Shown here piece by piece: positions 29,920-40,211 of a stretch of 64,000 nucleotides of DNA. The notes beneath the pieces were generated by a model. That model was not told where the DNA came from, made no database searches, and saw nothing but the letters and a program-made list of their open reading frames with translations. The first letter of the stretch is position 1. Every line of letters begins with the position of its first letter. The stretch spans positions 96,001 to 160,000 of the forward strand of contig JBGSMV010000031.1 in the NCBI GenBank assembly GCA_041739995.1. The letters run 5' to 3'. This DNA comes from Bdellovibrionota bacterium (lineage in GTDB: Bacteria; Bdellovibrionota_C; UBA2361; JBGSMV01). The position numbers and the translations under genes are program-made.

Positions 29920-30969
29920 CTATCTGCGCCCTCCCACCTGGGCCTGGGCCACTTCAGTTCCGCGCTGACTACTCCACTCTATATGCGGCAGGCTAAGCTC
30001 GCGATCTGTGTAAGACTTGAGAGCTTCGCGACATCTGAGTAAACAAGTAAATCCACCTGCGCCTTGGTCTTGAAATGGCCACAAGCGGTAACACGGAACT
30101 TCAGAGAGGTGACTTTGATAGCCAGTAAGCTGTGGAACCACTTCTGCTTCCCAGTTTTCGTGTCGCTTCAAAAACCACTCAAGCATGCCCTCATTCTCTT
30201 CTCGGCAGTACGTACAGGTGGCATAGACCATAGCTCCTCCGGTTCGGACAAGCTGAGCGGCGGCGGCCAGAATCCTTCGCTGCCGACGAACGCACATGTT
30301 CACGGTGGTGTGATGAAACGCACCTGGAGTTGGTTTCCCCTTAACACTCAACGACTGGCCCGAGCAGGGTGCATCGACTAACACTACATCAAAAAACTCG
30401 GGCAATTCTTCCACAATACGCACCGGGTCACGACGAACAATAATGCAGGGGTCGATTTGGCAGCGCTTCACATTGGAAATTAAGGCCCTGATCCGTCCCT
30501 GAATCGGCTCGTTGGCTACTAATAGTCGCGGCTGCAAGGCTCGCCACAAAAAAACGGATTTTCCTCCGGGCGAGGCACAAAGGTCGAGCGCCACAGGCGC
30601 AGATCCACTAATAGATGACAGCGGACTAGCGCAAAACACCGAAGACTGATCCAACAAGTACCAGTCCCCGCGCTCATGCTCCTCCGTTTTTCCGGGAACA
30701 ATCGAACTCGTAGGCGTTTGAATCCAAGCAGGCATCCACTGCTGCCTCACCCCATCAAACAACTGCAGATGTGGGCTTCGCCGCTGCTCTCGAACCTCAA
30801 TGACCACCGACTTCCCACCGTCTTGTGCCCGCAGAGCCGCAATGAACTGCTCGCGCTGTTCCATATTCGAAACGAAAAGTTTCTCGGCAAGCCGAAGCGC
30901 AGCCGAAGGTAACTGTGCCGCCGAAGGCAGTGATGACTTTGACACTTGGTCAGGTTTTTTCCTGCCCAT
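29920..30969 (-). CDS. RsmB/RsmF (NOL1/NOP2) RNA m5C methyltransferase
   Basis: DLCASPGGKS, LVDAPCSG and YATCT..REENE motifs. Start moved to ATG 30969 because the longer ORF starts inside a MITE. Confidence 0.9.
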   Translation of the reverse strand: MGRKKPDQVSKSSLPSAAQLPSAALRLAEKLFVSNMEQREQFIAALRAQDGGKSVVIEVREQRRSPHLQLFDGVRQQWMPAWIQTPTSSIVPGKTEEHERGDWYLLDQSSVFCASPLSSISGSAPVALDLCASPGGKSVFLWRALQPRLLVANEPIQGRIRALISNVKRCQIDPCIIVRRDPVRIVEELPEFFDVVLVDAPCSGQSLSVKGKPTPGAFHHTTVNMCVRRQRRILAAAAQLVRTGGAMVYATCTYCREENEGMLEWFLKRHENWEAEVVPQLTGYQSHLSEVPCYRLWPFQDQGAGGFTCLLRCREALKSYTDRELSLPHIEWSSQRGTEVAQAQVGGRR

Positions 30970-31028
30970 CTGATTCCTATAGCCTAAAGCGTGCTCATTG
31001 CTAGCTGTAGCAGTCACCTGGTGAGCGC

Positions 31029-31157
31029 CTAGTGAAGTGAGCGGTTCGATGAACAATTCTCGCCGCGCTCGCTGCTCTCTTTGTTAATATATTTAATGAA
31101 TTACACTATGAGAACAGCGAGAAAGTACTAAAAGGAACTGCTCACTCAGCACACTAG
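31029..31157 (+). mobile_element. MITE-like element, family B, copy 2
   Basis: Shares CCGCGCTCGCTG, CTCTTTGT, TTTAATGAATTA, ACAGCGAG and ACACTAG with 9011-9151. Imperfect TIRs (AGTGAGCGGTTC / GAACTGCTCACT). The right CTAG is the yjbQ stop codon. Confidence 0.78.
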
Positions 31158-31564
31158 CCCCCGATCACACACACCGTTACCGTCCGCCGGTGAGGCTTCC
31201 TTCGATGCTCCCAAAGATAGATGCCCTGCCAGGTACCAAGCAACATTTCGCCTCCAGATACCGGCACGCCGATACTCACGCTCGTCAGCATGCTCTTAAT
31301 ATGAGACGGCATATCATCCGGTCCCTCGCTGGTATGTGAAAAAAGCGGGTCCTTCTCTGGGACAAGGCGAATGAGCCACTGTTCAAGATCGCGCTTTGCA
31401 GAAGGGTCTGCATTTTCCTGAATCAATAGACTTGCGGAGGTGTGGGCGATAAAAATCGTGCACAACCCTTGATCAATGCCAGACTCCCGAACAAGCTCTT
31501 CCACCTCCGGAGTGATTGGGTGTAATCCTTGTCCCGGAGTGGCAATCTCAAAAGAACGAATCAT
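31154..31564 (-). CDS. yjbQ: YjbQ/UPF0047 family protein
   Basis: HTSASLLIQENADP, HTSEGPDDMPSHIK and LGTWQGIYLWEHR motifs; GGAGGT RBS before ATG 31564. Confidence 0.93.
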   Translation of the reverse strand: MIRSFEIATPGQGLHPITPEVEELVRESGIDQGLCTIFIAHTSASLLIQENADPSAKRDLEQWLIRLVPEKDPLFSHTSEGPDDMPSHIKSMLTSVSIGVPVSGGEMLLGTWQGIYLWEHRRKPHRRTVTVCVIGG

Positions 31565-32180
31565 GGCAAGACCTCCGTCAAAATCTAGGGCTTCGAAGAC
31601 AAGGACTGGCCGATCCAAATCGCAACGTCTTGCTCCCTCGCCTAAAATCACCTGGAATCGTTCTCAGCACTTCGATGCACGCCCTCGGGGAACTAGACCT
31701 GACACAATAGTACTTCATTGCCTCTATGACGCTTCACCATCAGCGACGCGACGCCATCAGCACTTTTCGCTCTCGCGCTGCCTTACCTTACTTAACCGCT
31801 ACCAGGTCTCGGCTCACTACGTTATCTCCCGGCGAGGCAAGGTCGTGCAACTCGTGGATGAACAAGACAGGGCCTGGCATGCAGGCGTGAGCAAGATGCC
31901 CTTTAAGGACGACCGACGAAGCGGAGTGAACCGATTCAGTATCGGAATAGAACTAGTGGGAACTCCGCTTGGCTCGTTCACCACTTCACAGTACCGCAGC
32001 TTGGTAAGCTTGGTGGCTTGTATCTGCGCTCGGCACTCCATCAAATCAGTGGTAGGTCACGATCATATCGCACCCGGCCGAAAGTCCGACCCAGGCCCGG
32101 CCATGGACTGGCAAGAGCTGCGGCAAAAAATTGGGGTACTCCTAAAAGGGCGAACTCCTCGGTTTATGTCCCACCAATGA
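31563..32180 (+). CDS. ampD: N-acetylmuramoyl-L-alanine amidase (AmpD-like, Amidase_2)
   Basis: IVLH, VSAHYVI, RAWHAG, NRFSIGIEL and GHDHIAPGRKSDPG motifs. Confidence 0.88.
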   Translation: MARPPSKSRASKTRTGRSKSQRLAPSPKITWNRSQHFDARPRGTRPDTIVLHCLYDASPSATRRHQHFSLSRCLTLLNRYQVSAHYVISRRGKVVQLVDEQDRAWHAGVSKMPFKDDRRSGVNRFSIGIELVGTPLGSFTTSQYRSLVSLVACICARHSIKSVVGHDHIAPGRKSDPGPAMDWQELRQKIGVLLKGRTPRFMSHQ

Positions 32181-32264
32181 ATACATACTGTTAGGTTCGT
32201 TTACCGCAGGGCCAAACTCGAGCAAAAACTTTCTAAACTTTAAGTTGGTTAATGCAACAAAAAA

Positions 32265-34421
32265 TTGTATTCCCAGATCGTGGTAGATACTCAAAATTCA
32301 GCCCATCCTTCTTTTCACATCCCAAACGATCCGGCATTACTCTCTCGAGACCCTCGCCCAGGCGGCGGATTGGTATTGCCTCTACGACTTTCCGACCCGT
32401 CTAACGGTCACCTACTTGACCCCGGCCTAGAAGACGGTTCTTCACGCTTCGATCCTGATTTACAAAAAGAACGAATGGAGCGGCGCCTTAGTCGTATTCG
32501 AGCTGAGCTTCTTCGACCCTTTCCTGATTTACTGCCGCGGGACCTTCCCATTCGAAGTTCGCTTCCCCTCATTCTCGACTCGGTAAGGAATTTCCCCTTC
32601 ACGATCGTTACTTCTCCGACTGGTTCGGGCAAAACTATTGGAATACCTCACTACCTACTCACCAATCATTACGGCGCTGTGGTAACGCAGCCACGCATCA
32701 TCGCCGCTCGCGGGGCAGCCGGCTTCTTGGCCCAGTGCATTGATGAAGAAGTAGGCAACAGAATTGGCTACCGTACTGCTAAAGAACGCTGTGATTCAGC
32801 CTCCACAGTGTGCCAGTTCGTTACCGATGGGCTAGAAGTCATGCGAGTGCTACGACACCCAACTCGCATGTCACTCGGTAATCGCTGGGTTCTGATGGTT
32901 GATGAATTTCATGAGAGGAACCTCAATCATGACACTTTGCTCGCTTACTTCAGGACGCTTCATCGTCAAGGCGACCTAAAAGTTCCGGTCATTATTTCCT
33001 CAGCGACCCTGGATACAGAAGCGCTGTCACAACACTTAGGGCCAAAGAACTGCAACGTTATTAACTGTGATGGCCGCATGTTTCCGATTGAGAACATGTC
33101 TCCAGGGCGCGACCCCGTAGAGGATGGAGTGGCGCTCGCAGCAAGGGGCGAGCCGGGAATTCTTCATTTTGTTGCGGGCAAAAGAGAAATTTATGAGCGC
33201 ATGGACCGCTATGAGCGAACCTTAGAAGCAATGGGAGTAGACGCGGTGGTAATGGCACTGCATAGCGAGCTCTCCGCAGAGCAACAGCAAGCCTGCATGA
33301 AGGACCACGGCAAACCGAAAATCATTGTCTGTACCAATATTGCCGAAGCCAGCGTCACCGTTCCAGGCGTCACTGTAGTCATTGACGAAGGACTACGTCG
33401 AACGATTAGAACCAAAGGCGGCGTCCAAGGTCTCTACACTGAACGAATATCGAATGCCGAATGCGCTCAGCGCGCCGGCCGCTCGGGAAGGGTAAGTCCA
33501 GGGATTTACGTTTGTCATCATCCCTTGACGCCTGAGGAACGCCCGAACTATCCGGAGCCAGAAATTACTCGCTTGCAGCTGGATAACATGACTCTACGCT
33601 TGCGAGCTCAAGGACATGATCCGCGAGAACTTGGATTCTTGAATCGCCCCTCTGCTGAGGCTTTCGATGATGCCGACGAACGACTGCAAATCCTCGGATG
33701 TCTTGATGGAGCGCGGAAAGTTACCACGCTCGGAAGAAAGCTTGCCGACGTTTCGCTCTCAGTCAACCTTGCGCGCATGTTGCATGAAGCTGAGCGCGTG
33801 GGGGTTCTCAAGGAAGCAATTGAACTCGCCGCGGTGGTCGAAGCAGGCGGAATAGTGGAGTCCGGGTCCCGCAAGTGGCGTGAACTTGTTCGGGAACGTT
33901 GTCCGTCGGACGCCATTGCACAACTCGACGTATTTCGGTGGGCGAAAAACTCCCTCCTTCTTGACAGCGATCGAGAAGATCGGGGCATCGATCTTAAAGC
34001 CCTCAGCGAGGCGAACGAGCACGTGAGAGAACTTGAGTTTCGCTTTCGCGATGCGTTGAAGAATCAGCGCGGCGCAACCAACAACGGTCAAAAACTCCTT
34101 GTACAGTGCCTATGCGCAGGATTCAAAACCAATGCATTTGTAAGAAGGCGTGACGATTGGATCGACTCCAGAGGCGGAACAAAACGTGAGCTTGACTCTC
34201 TCTCCGTCATCTCGAATGAAGTGTCTTACATCGTCGGCGTTCCTTGGGATTTGAACCTTACCCCAAACGGAATTACTCGCCACTTCGTACGCTGGGCGAC
34301 TGCCGTTTCCTGGAACGAACTTCCAAAACGCATGCAGACCCTCGTTCGAGATCTTGAACATCGAGACAGAGACCCGCACAAGGTCGATGCTCGTTCCCCT
34401 CGCTTTGGATTTCGCAGATAG
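32265..34421 (+). CDS. DEAH/RHA-family helicase (HrpA/HrpB-like core, short C-terminus)
   Basis: PTGSGKT, TQPRIIAA, DEFHER, SAT, TNIAEASVTV and QRAGRSGR motifs plus an HA2-like region. Start uncertain. Confidence 0.9.
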   Translation: MYSQIVVDTQNSAHPSFHIPNDPALLSRDPRPGGGLVLPLRLSDPSNGHLLDPGLEDGSSRFDPDLQKERMERRLSRIRAELLRPFPDLLPRDLPIRSSLPLILDSVRNFPFTIVTSPTGSGKTIGIPHYLLTNHYGAVVTQPRIIAARGAAGFLAQCIDEEVGNRIGYRTAKERCDSASTVCQFVTDGLEVMRVLRHPTRMSLGNRWVLMVDEFHERNLNHDTLLAYFRTLHRQGDLKVPVIISSATLDTEALSQHLGPKNCNVINCDGRMFPIENMSPGRDPVEDGVALAARGEPGILHFVAGKREIYERMDRYERTLEAMGVDAVVMALHSELSAEQQQACMKDHGKPKIIVCTNIAEASVTVPGVTVVIDEGLRRTIRTKGGVQGLYTERISNAECAQRAGRSGRVSPGIYVCHHPLTPEERPNYPEPEITRLQLDNMTLRLRAQGHDPRELGFLNRPSAEAFDDADERLQILGCLDGARKVTTLGRKLADVSLSVNLARMLHEAERVGVLKEAIELAAVVEAGGIVESGSRKWRELVRERCPSDAIAQLDVFRWAKNSLLLDSDREDRGIDLKALSEANEHVRELEFRFRDALKNQRGATNNGQKLLVQCLCAGFKTNAFVRRRDDWIDSRGGTKRELDSLSVISNEVSYIVGVPWDLNLTPNGITRHFVRWATAVSWNELPKRMQTLVRDLEHRDRDPHKVDARSPRFGFRR

Positions 34422-34487
34422 CGCCAAATTCTTGAGTTTAGCGGGCGATACCCAGAATACCGCTCCTCGGGTGCTGTGCTATCCGCA

Positions 34488-35813
34488 TCATGAAATTTTG
34501 AGCGCCGAGAGCCACGCAACCGTTTCAGAAGCCTGGGCGAACTTGTGCTGCTGCTTCGTTTCTAAATCCTTAATCTCAATTGCTTCGTTCTCCTCTGAAA
34601 CAAAGGCAACGTAGCGCACCCCGCGCGCCTCTGCGCTTTCGATTTGCTTACCAAGCTTTGAAGCCTTGAAAAATACCTCGGTGGCTACACCACTACCTCG
34701 CAACTCTTCGGCAAACTCATTACATCTTTGACGCTGCGTCTCTGAGAAGACCGTCACCATTACCTGAGCAGTCGAACGAATTTTGGCGGACAGCAACCCC
34801 TTGGAGAACGCCAGCTCCAGCAATCGCGTCAGTCCTATCGAGCCGCCAACGCCTGGCAATTTCTGGGAAGTAAACTGAGAGGCAAGATCATCATAGCGCC
34901 CTCCACTGCACACCGTACCAAACTCAGGATGATCCCTCATCTGAGCCTCAAAGATAAGCCCGGTGTAATAATCAAGGCCTCGGGCAAGGCTAAGATCTAC
35001 TTGAATATATTGCTGTAAGTCAGTTGGCACGAGTCGAAGCACCTCTGCCAATTCCTCAATGCCCTTATCAAACAAAGCATCCTTCACCCCCGTTGCCTGA
35101 AAGACTCCGGCAAAATCAGCAGCACTTGCTTGCACAACGGTAAGATCGACTATGCGAGTAGCAACGTCGTGAGAAACTGCCGCTGCGGACTCAAGCTCTT
35201 TGAGCACGCCATCGCGTCCAATCTTATGAATCTTGTCTACCGCAGTGATGGCCGCCTTGCGCTGCGTCTCGCCCAAGCCCAATGAACTGTAACATCCGTG
35301 CAGCAACTTGCGATTATTAACGAGCATCTGAAAAGGCCCAAGCTGCATCACTCGGAACGCTTTAAGCAGCACTGTTACTATTTCGGCATCACAACACAGC
35401 GGCAGATCTTCACGCGCAATGGTATCAATGTCGAATTGATAGAATTCTCTGAATCGTCCTTTCTGTGGACGTTCTCCACGCCAAACTTTTTGCAGCTGGT
35501 AGCGCTTGAACGGAAACGACAACGCGTTCAAATGTTGCGCGGCATAACGCGCAAACGGAACCGTAAGGTCAAAGTGCAACGCAAGAGCAGCTTCAGCATC
35601 TTCCTCGGCATGGAATCGTCGAATGGAGTAAATCTCTCGATCGACCACACCCTTTGACGATAGAGTTTCGATTAGCTCAGCAGCCGGGGTCTCGATAGGT
35701 ACAAACCCATGGCTCGCGTAAACGCTTTTGACTTGAGAAATAACGGCATCTTCAACCAGCTTCTGCTCAGGAAGCCATTCAGGAAAGCCAGATATGGGGG
35801 TCAACTTAGCCAT
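34488..35813 (-). CDS. hisS: Histidine--tRNA ligase
   Basis: FDLTVPFARY, WRGERPQKGRFREFYQFD, LARGLDYYTG and GGRYD motifs. Confidence 0.98.
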   Translation of the reverse strand: MAKLTPISGFPEWLPEQKLVEDAVISQVKSVYASHGFVPIETPAAELIETLSSKGVVDREIYSIRRFHAEEDAEAALALHFDLTVPFARYAAQHLNALSFPFKRYQLQKVWRGERPQKGRFREFYQFDIDTIAREDLPLCCDAEIVTVLLKAFRVMQLGPFQMLVNNRKLLHGCYSSLGLGETQRKAAITAVDKIHKIGRDGVLKELESAAAVSHDVATRIVDLTVVQASAADFAGVFQATGVKDALFDKGIEELAEVLRLVPTDLQQYIQVDLSLARGLDYYTGLIFEAQMRDHPEFGTVCSGGRYDDLASQFTSQKLPGVGGSIGLTRLLELAFSKGLLSAKIRSTAQVMVTVFSETQRQRCNEFAEELRGSGVATEVFFKASKLGKQIESAEARGVRYVAFVSEENEAIEIKDLETKQQHKFAQASETVAWLSALKIS

Positions 35814-36076
35814 ACTCACCTCAAAATAGTCACCTCAGACGTAAGAGTTTCTGCGTACCGTCTCCGAACACCTCCGCCAGCCCTAGTCTCAGGAGAATGC
35901 CAAGGGCGTTGCAGTCTGGCCCGCATGATAGTAGCAAGAGACTTGTCCGAAACCCAGCAGGTCAGTGGGAGCGAAGCAGGATTCTCCAACATGGACTGAA
36001 TCTATCGCAGGCCTCTCTACTTTCCGCTAGGGAAGGTGCCCCCTAGGATTAGGAAGGTTCTTCGTTTACGCCCGTA

Positions 36077-37633
36077 TTGACGAAAAAGCTTGTGTTAAAC
36101 GCCACCCCACTGCTCAAAGTCATCGCCAAATTTAGAAACGCGGAGCTCCGTCGCCAAGATCCTGCTGCGGTTCAAGAAGTCCAGTTACTCTCACTCGTTT
36201 CACGAGCTCAGGATACAAAATTCGGCAGAGATCACTCGTTCAAGAGCATTCGATCTGTCGCTGACTACCAAAAAGCCGTACCGCTAAGAACATACGATCA
36301 GTTTTGGGAAGATTATCTTCGCGCGCCCTTTCCTTTATTGGACAACGTCACCTGGCCAGGTCGAATTCCTTTTTTTGCAGTGAGCTCAGGCACCAGCTCG
36401 GGCACGACTAAGTACATCCCCTACACCTCAGAGATGACTGACTCGAATACAAGAGCGGGTCTTGATCTGCTCATTCACCATGTAACCAACAGACCGCAAA
36501 GCAAACTTTTTGCCGGTCGCAGCTTTATGCTAGGCGGAAGCACCAACCTTATTGAACAGGTTCCTGGTGTCTTCTCTGGCGATTTAAGCGGCATCGCGGT
36601 CAAGACTATGCGGTGGTGGGCCAAGCAACGCTACTTTCCGCCAGCCGATCTCGCTCTTCTCCAAAATTGGGAAGAAAAAATCGAACGTTTGGCGAATGAA
36701 TCTCTAACGGCCAATATTCGCATGATGAGTGGAGTGCCAAGCTGGATGCTTATCTTGTTGCGCCGCTTGGCCGAACTGGTCCCAGAGAGCGAAGGGCAGA
36801 TTGCGAAGATTTACCCCGATTTAGAAATGCTCGTGCACGGCGGAGTAAATTTTGCGCCCTACCATAGCGCGTTTACCGAATTACTCAGAGGCTCCCACGC
36901 AGAACTGCGGGAGGTCTATCCTGCCAGCGAGGGATTCATCGCAGTGGGTGACCGCGGTTATGGCGATGGCATGCGAGTGGTGCTCGATAGCGGTATTTTT
37001 TACGAGTTCGTCCCGTTTGAAGAGCTTGGTTCCGCGAATCCGACCCGCCATACCGTGGCGACCATCGAAGAGGGCGTAAACTACGCCATTATACTAACTA
37101 CCTGTGCGGGGCTATGGAGCTACATTCTTGGCGACACCGTTCGTTTCGTCCAAAAGAATCCTGCCAGATTGTTAGTGACTGGTCGCACCTCCTATTACCT
37201 CTCAGCCTTCGGCGAACATCTTATCGCCGAAGAGATTGACGATGCAGTCTCTTCTGCCGCCGCCGCTATCGGACTTTCGGTGTCTGATTATTCAGTGGGG
37301 CCACTGTATCCTTCAAACACGAGCGAGCTCGGTGGGCATCTCTACGTGGTTGAGTTTCAAGAGCGCCTTCCTTCTGAAAGCGAACAAGATATCTTCCTCA
37401 AAGCCCTCGATAAGAAACTTTGTGTCAGAAACGAAGATTACGAGGCACATCGCGCCAAAGGCTTTGGATTGCGCGCTCCCATTGGCAATTTTGTGCCAGC
37501 AGGAACCTTCATGAACTGGATGAAAAAACGCGGTAAGCTTGGCGGGCAGCACAAAGTGCCGCGCATCATCATGAAAGCCGAGCTTTTTGATGATCTGCGT
37601 ACTTTTGCTGATTCGCGTAAGAGCACCCAGTAG
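36077..37633 (+). CDS. GH3-family acyl-adenylate/amido synthetase-like protein
   Basis: SSGTSSGTTKYIP, YPASEGF, YEF, YILGDTVRF and GGQHKVPR motifs. Confidence 0.9.
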   Translation: MTKKLVLNATPLLKVIAKFRNAELRRQDPAAVQEVQLLSLVSRAQDTKFGRDHSFKSIRSVADYQKAVPLRTYDQFWEDYLRAPFPLLDNVTWPGRIPFFAVSSGTSSGTTKYIPYTSEMTDSNTRAGLDLLIHHVTNRPQSKLFAGRSFMLGGSTNLIEQVPGVFSGDLSGIAVKTMRWWAKQRYFPPADLALLQNWEEKIERLANESLTANIRMMSGVPSWMLILLRRLAELVPESEGQIAKIYPDLEMLVHGGVNFAPYHSAFTELLRGSHAELREVYPASEGFIAVGDRGYGDGMRVVLDSGIFYEFVPFEELGSANPTRHTVATIEEGVNYAIILTTCAGLWSYILGDTVRFVQKNPARLLVTGRTSYYLSAFGEHLIAEEIDDAVSSAAAAIGLSVSDYSVGPLYPSNTSELGGHLYVVEFQERLPSESEQDIFLKALDKKLCVRNEDYEAHRAKGFGLRAPIGNFVPAGTFMNWMKKRGKLGGQHKVPRIIMKAELFDDLRTFADSRKSTQ

Positions 37634-37736
37634 CGGTCACCTATTGAGAGGGGATAGACTTCCTCTCGTGACATCAGCCGCATGCCAGAATAGCCTATGA
37701 GCGTCTGAGTCAAGCCGTCATCAAAGGCATAGAACT

Positions 37737-38804
37737 ATGGCATACCGACTTTTTGGAAAACGTGCCCGCAAGGCAGGGCTCCCCCCTGGATCTTTGGTGT
37801 ATGTCGGTGACCGTGAAGCTACGAACTCCACCATGGTTGCCGTGGTGTTCGACGATGGGCATTTTGTGGAAGCTCCAGTTGCCACTCTCGAGGAAGCGTT
37901 AGCGCTTCGATCTCAAGGCAAGTTCCTTTGGTTGAATGTTGATGGTCTTGGGAATTCCGAACTGATTCGAAAAATTGGTGAACATTTCTCTATTCATTCT
38001 CTGGCACTTGAAGACGTTCTCAATTCAGAGCAGCGCCCAAAGCGTGAAGAATTCGACGACCTCTTATTGGTAATTGCAAAATCAATCCAGTGGTCCCCGC
38101 AGAAATCAGATCTCGACTATGAGCAGATCAGTATCGTGCTCGGTAAAGATTTTATTCTGTCTTTTCAAGAGAAAGAGGGGGACGCCTTCACCAGTCTTCG
38201 TCAACGGATGCGCCCCTCCGGCACTCGCCTTCGAAAGAGCGGCCCAGACTATTTGCTCTACATCATGCTCGACTTGATAGTGGATCAGTATTTCGTGATT
38301 CTTGAAAATTTCGGAGAAAAACTAGATCGTCTCGAAGATGAAATTGTTTCTAAACCTGAGCCAAAGGAGTTGGCTAAGCTCTATCATCTCAAGCGCTCTA
38401 GCCTGTTTCTTCGTCGCTCCGTGTGGCCCTTAAGAGAAGCACTTGGCTTTCTTCAATATGGAGAATGCAAGCTGATCAAAAAATCTACGCTTCCTTTCTT
38501 GCGCGACGTGTACTCGCACTGCCTTGAAGCATTAGACGCCATAGAAATTTTCAGAGAAATGTTGGCCAGTATGCTGGATGTGTATCTCTCAAGTGCGAGC
38601 AACAAGATGAATGTGGTAATCAAAGTCTTAACCATCATCACCACTATCTTCATGCCTCTTACTTTGATTGCTGGTATTTACGGGATGAATTTCCAGTACA
38701 TGCCGGAACTTCATTGGCATTACGGCTATCCACTTGCCCTTGCTCTGATGGCTGTGGTGGCAATCGGCATGCTCGCGCTGTTTCGAATCAAGAAGTGGCT
38801 TTAG
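37737..38804 (+). CDS. corA: Magnesium/cobalt transporter CorA
   Basis: GLPPGSL, LALEDVLN.EQRPK and YGMNF.YMPEL motifs. Confidence 0.97.
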   Translation: MAYRLFGKRARKAGLPPGSLVYVGDREATNSTMVAVVFDDGHFVEAPVATLEEALALRSQGKFLWLNVDGLGNSELIRKIGEHFSIHSLALEDVLNSEQRPKREEFDDLLLVIAKSIQWSPQKSDLDYEQISIVLGKDFILSFQEKEGDAFTSLRQRMRPSGTRLRKSGPDYLLYIMLDLIVDQYFVILENFGEKLDRLEDEIVSKPEPKELAKLYHLKRSSLFLRRSVWPLREALGFLQYGECKLIKKSTLPFLRDVYSHCLEALDAIEIFREMLASMLDVYLSSASNKMNVVIKVLTIITTIFMPLTLIAGIYGMNFQYMPELHWHYGYPLALALMAVVAIGMLALFRIKKWL

Positions 38805-39221
38805 AGCTGTTTAGCTTTAGGCTTTTTCGGCTTGACTATTGAGGCTGCGCTGCCCAAATCGTGGCTACGCCCATGCACATGCCCATGGGGTTCAATGTGC
38901 GTACCGGTGACTTGAGAGCATGGTCCGCCCTTTAGTGAGGCAAACTTTCGAGCTCTCACCATAAACACCAAGTTGCCAGCCTATCTAGTTGAATTTATGC
39001 TGTTTTTTAATCTACGCGGGGGTGGTTGCCCAAGCCCTCAATAAGCCTTCAATATAGGGGTCTGACAGTGAACGATCGGCGCCGAACAGGCCCGAGCGGT
39101 TGGGTTTCACCACTCTGATTTTTACAGACTCACGCAGCAAATTCTTGGTTCTTTCCCCGATGAAGTCCAGGAGCAGAGGTAAATTTTTGACCATCGCGGA
39201 ACGTGAGTAGGAGCAGCGTAA

Positions 39222-40112
39222 ATGGTATCTTCAGAGATGTTCAAGCCCGTTAATATGTTCAAGCAGCTAGTGTTCTGGGCTGTGCATCTTGCCTGCTTTT
39301 CAGTCATTTGGGTTGGAGTCAGCTGGGTAGCGGCGATTGTGTGTCTGGTACTCTATGTCTTACGCATGTTCGCGATCACCGGTGGCTACCACCGCTATTT
39401 TTCACACCGCACCTATCAAACCAGTAGAGTCTTTCAGTTTATGCTTGCCTTTGTTGGTGCAAGCTCTGCACAAAAGGGTCCGCTCTGGTGGGCCTCACAC
39501 CACCGCCATCACCATCGCTACTCTGACACTGAGGATGATGTGCATCCACCTTCAAAGGGATTGTGGTGGGCTCACATCGGTTGGGTTTTGAGCACCGACT
39601 TCGTGGATTCACGACCGGACCTCGTCAAGGACATAAGCCAATATCCTGAGATTCGCTGGGTCGATCGCAATCATCTGTTGCCGCCGATGTTGTTGGCGGT
39701 CTTTGTTTATTTCCTAGGTGTGTTTTTGGCCTGGCAGTTCCCCTCACTAGGGACTTCCGGAATTCAGATGTTAGTATGGGGCTTCTTCGTGAGTACCACC
39801 CTGCTCTACCACGGGACCTTCGTGATCAATTCGTTGACGCACTACATTGGCACACGACGATTCAACACCAGTGACAATTCTAGAAACCACTGGCTCTTAG
39901 CTCTCATTACCTTAGGCGAGGGATGGCACAACAACCATCACCGCTATCCAGGTTCCGAGCGGCAGGGCTTTTACTGGTGGGAGATAGACATTTCTCACTA
40001 CTTCCTCAAAGTGCTCTCGTGGTTTGGTATCGTGTGGGATTTGCGAGAGCCGCCTGAGCGTATTTATGCAGAGGCTCTTGAGACTAAAACGCAGCGACTT
40101 GCGGAAGGGTAG
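39222..40112 (+). CDS. Acyl-CoA (delta-9-type) desaturase
   Basis: His boxes HRYFSH, HRHHH and GEGWHNNHH. Confidence 0.93.
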   Translation: MVSSEMFKPVNMFKQLVFWAVHLACFSVIWVGVSWVAAIVCLVLYVLRMFAITGGYHRYFSHRTYQTSRVFQFMLAFVGASSAQKGPLWWASHHRHHHRYSDTEDDVHPPSKGLWWAHIGWVLSTDFVDSRPDLVKDISQYPEIRWVDRNHLLPPMLLAVFVYFLGVFLAWQFPSLGTSGIQMLVWGFFVSTTLLYHGTFVINSLTHYIGTRRFNTSDNSRNHWLLALITLGEGWHNNHHRYPGSERQGFYWWEIDISHYFLKVLSWFGIVWDLREPPERIYAEALETKTQRLAEG

Positions 40113-40211
40113 CGTAGGGCTCGCCAAGGCCTTGCGCTTCCACTCTTTCTAGCGAATCCTCTGATAGAAAGTGCTCGATTGGAGAGCCTTCGAATAGCTG
40201 ACCGTTAACAG

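Noticed and set aside
30970..31056. N-terminal extension of the methyltransferase ORF
   Set aside because: The upstream start lies inside MITE B2; ATG 30969 is more plausible.
38805..39221. Long intergenic region examined for a riboswitch or sigma-54 promoter
   Set aside because: No c-di-GMP or other riboswitch consensus was recognised, and the GG-N10-GC match at about 38862 fits sigma-54 poorly.
40149..40164. CTAGCGAATCCTCTGA resembling the left end of family A copy 1
   Set aside because: Only about 16 nt with no partner end; it could be chance.
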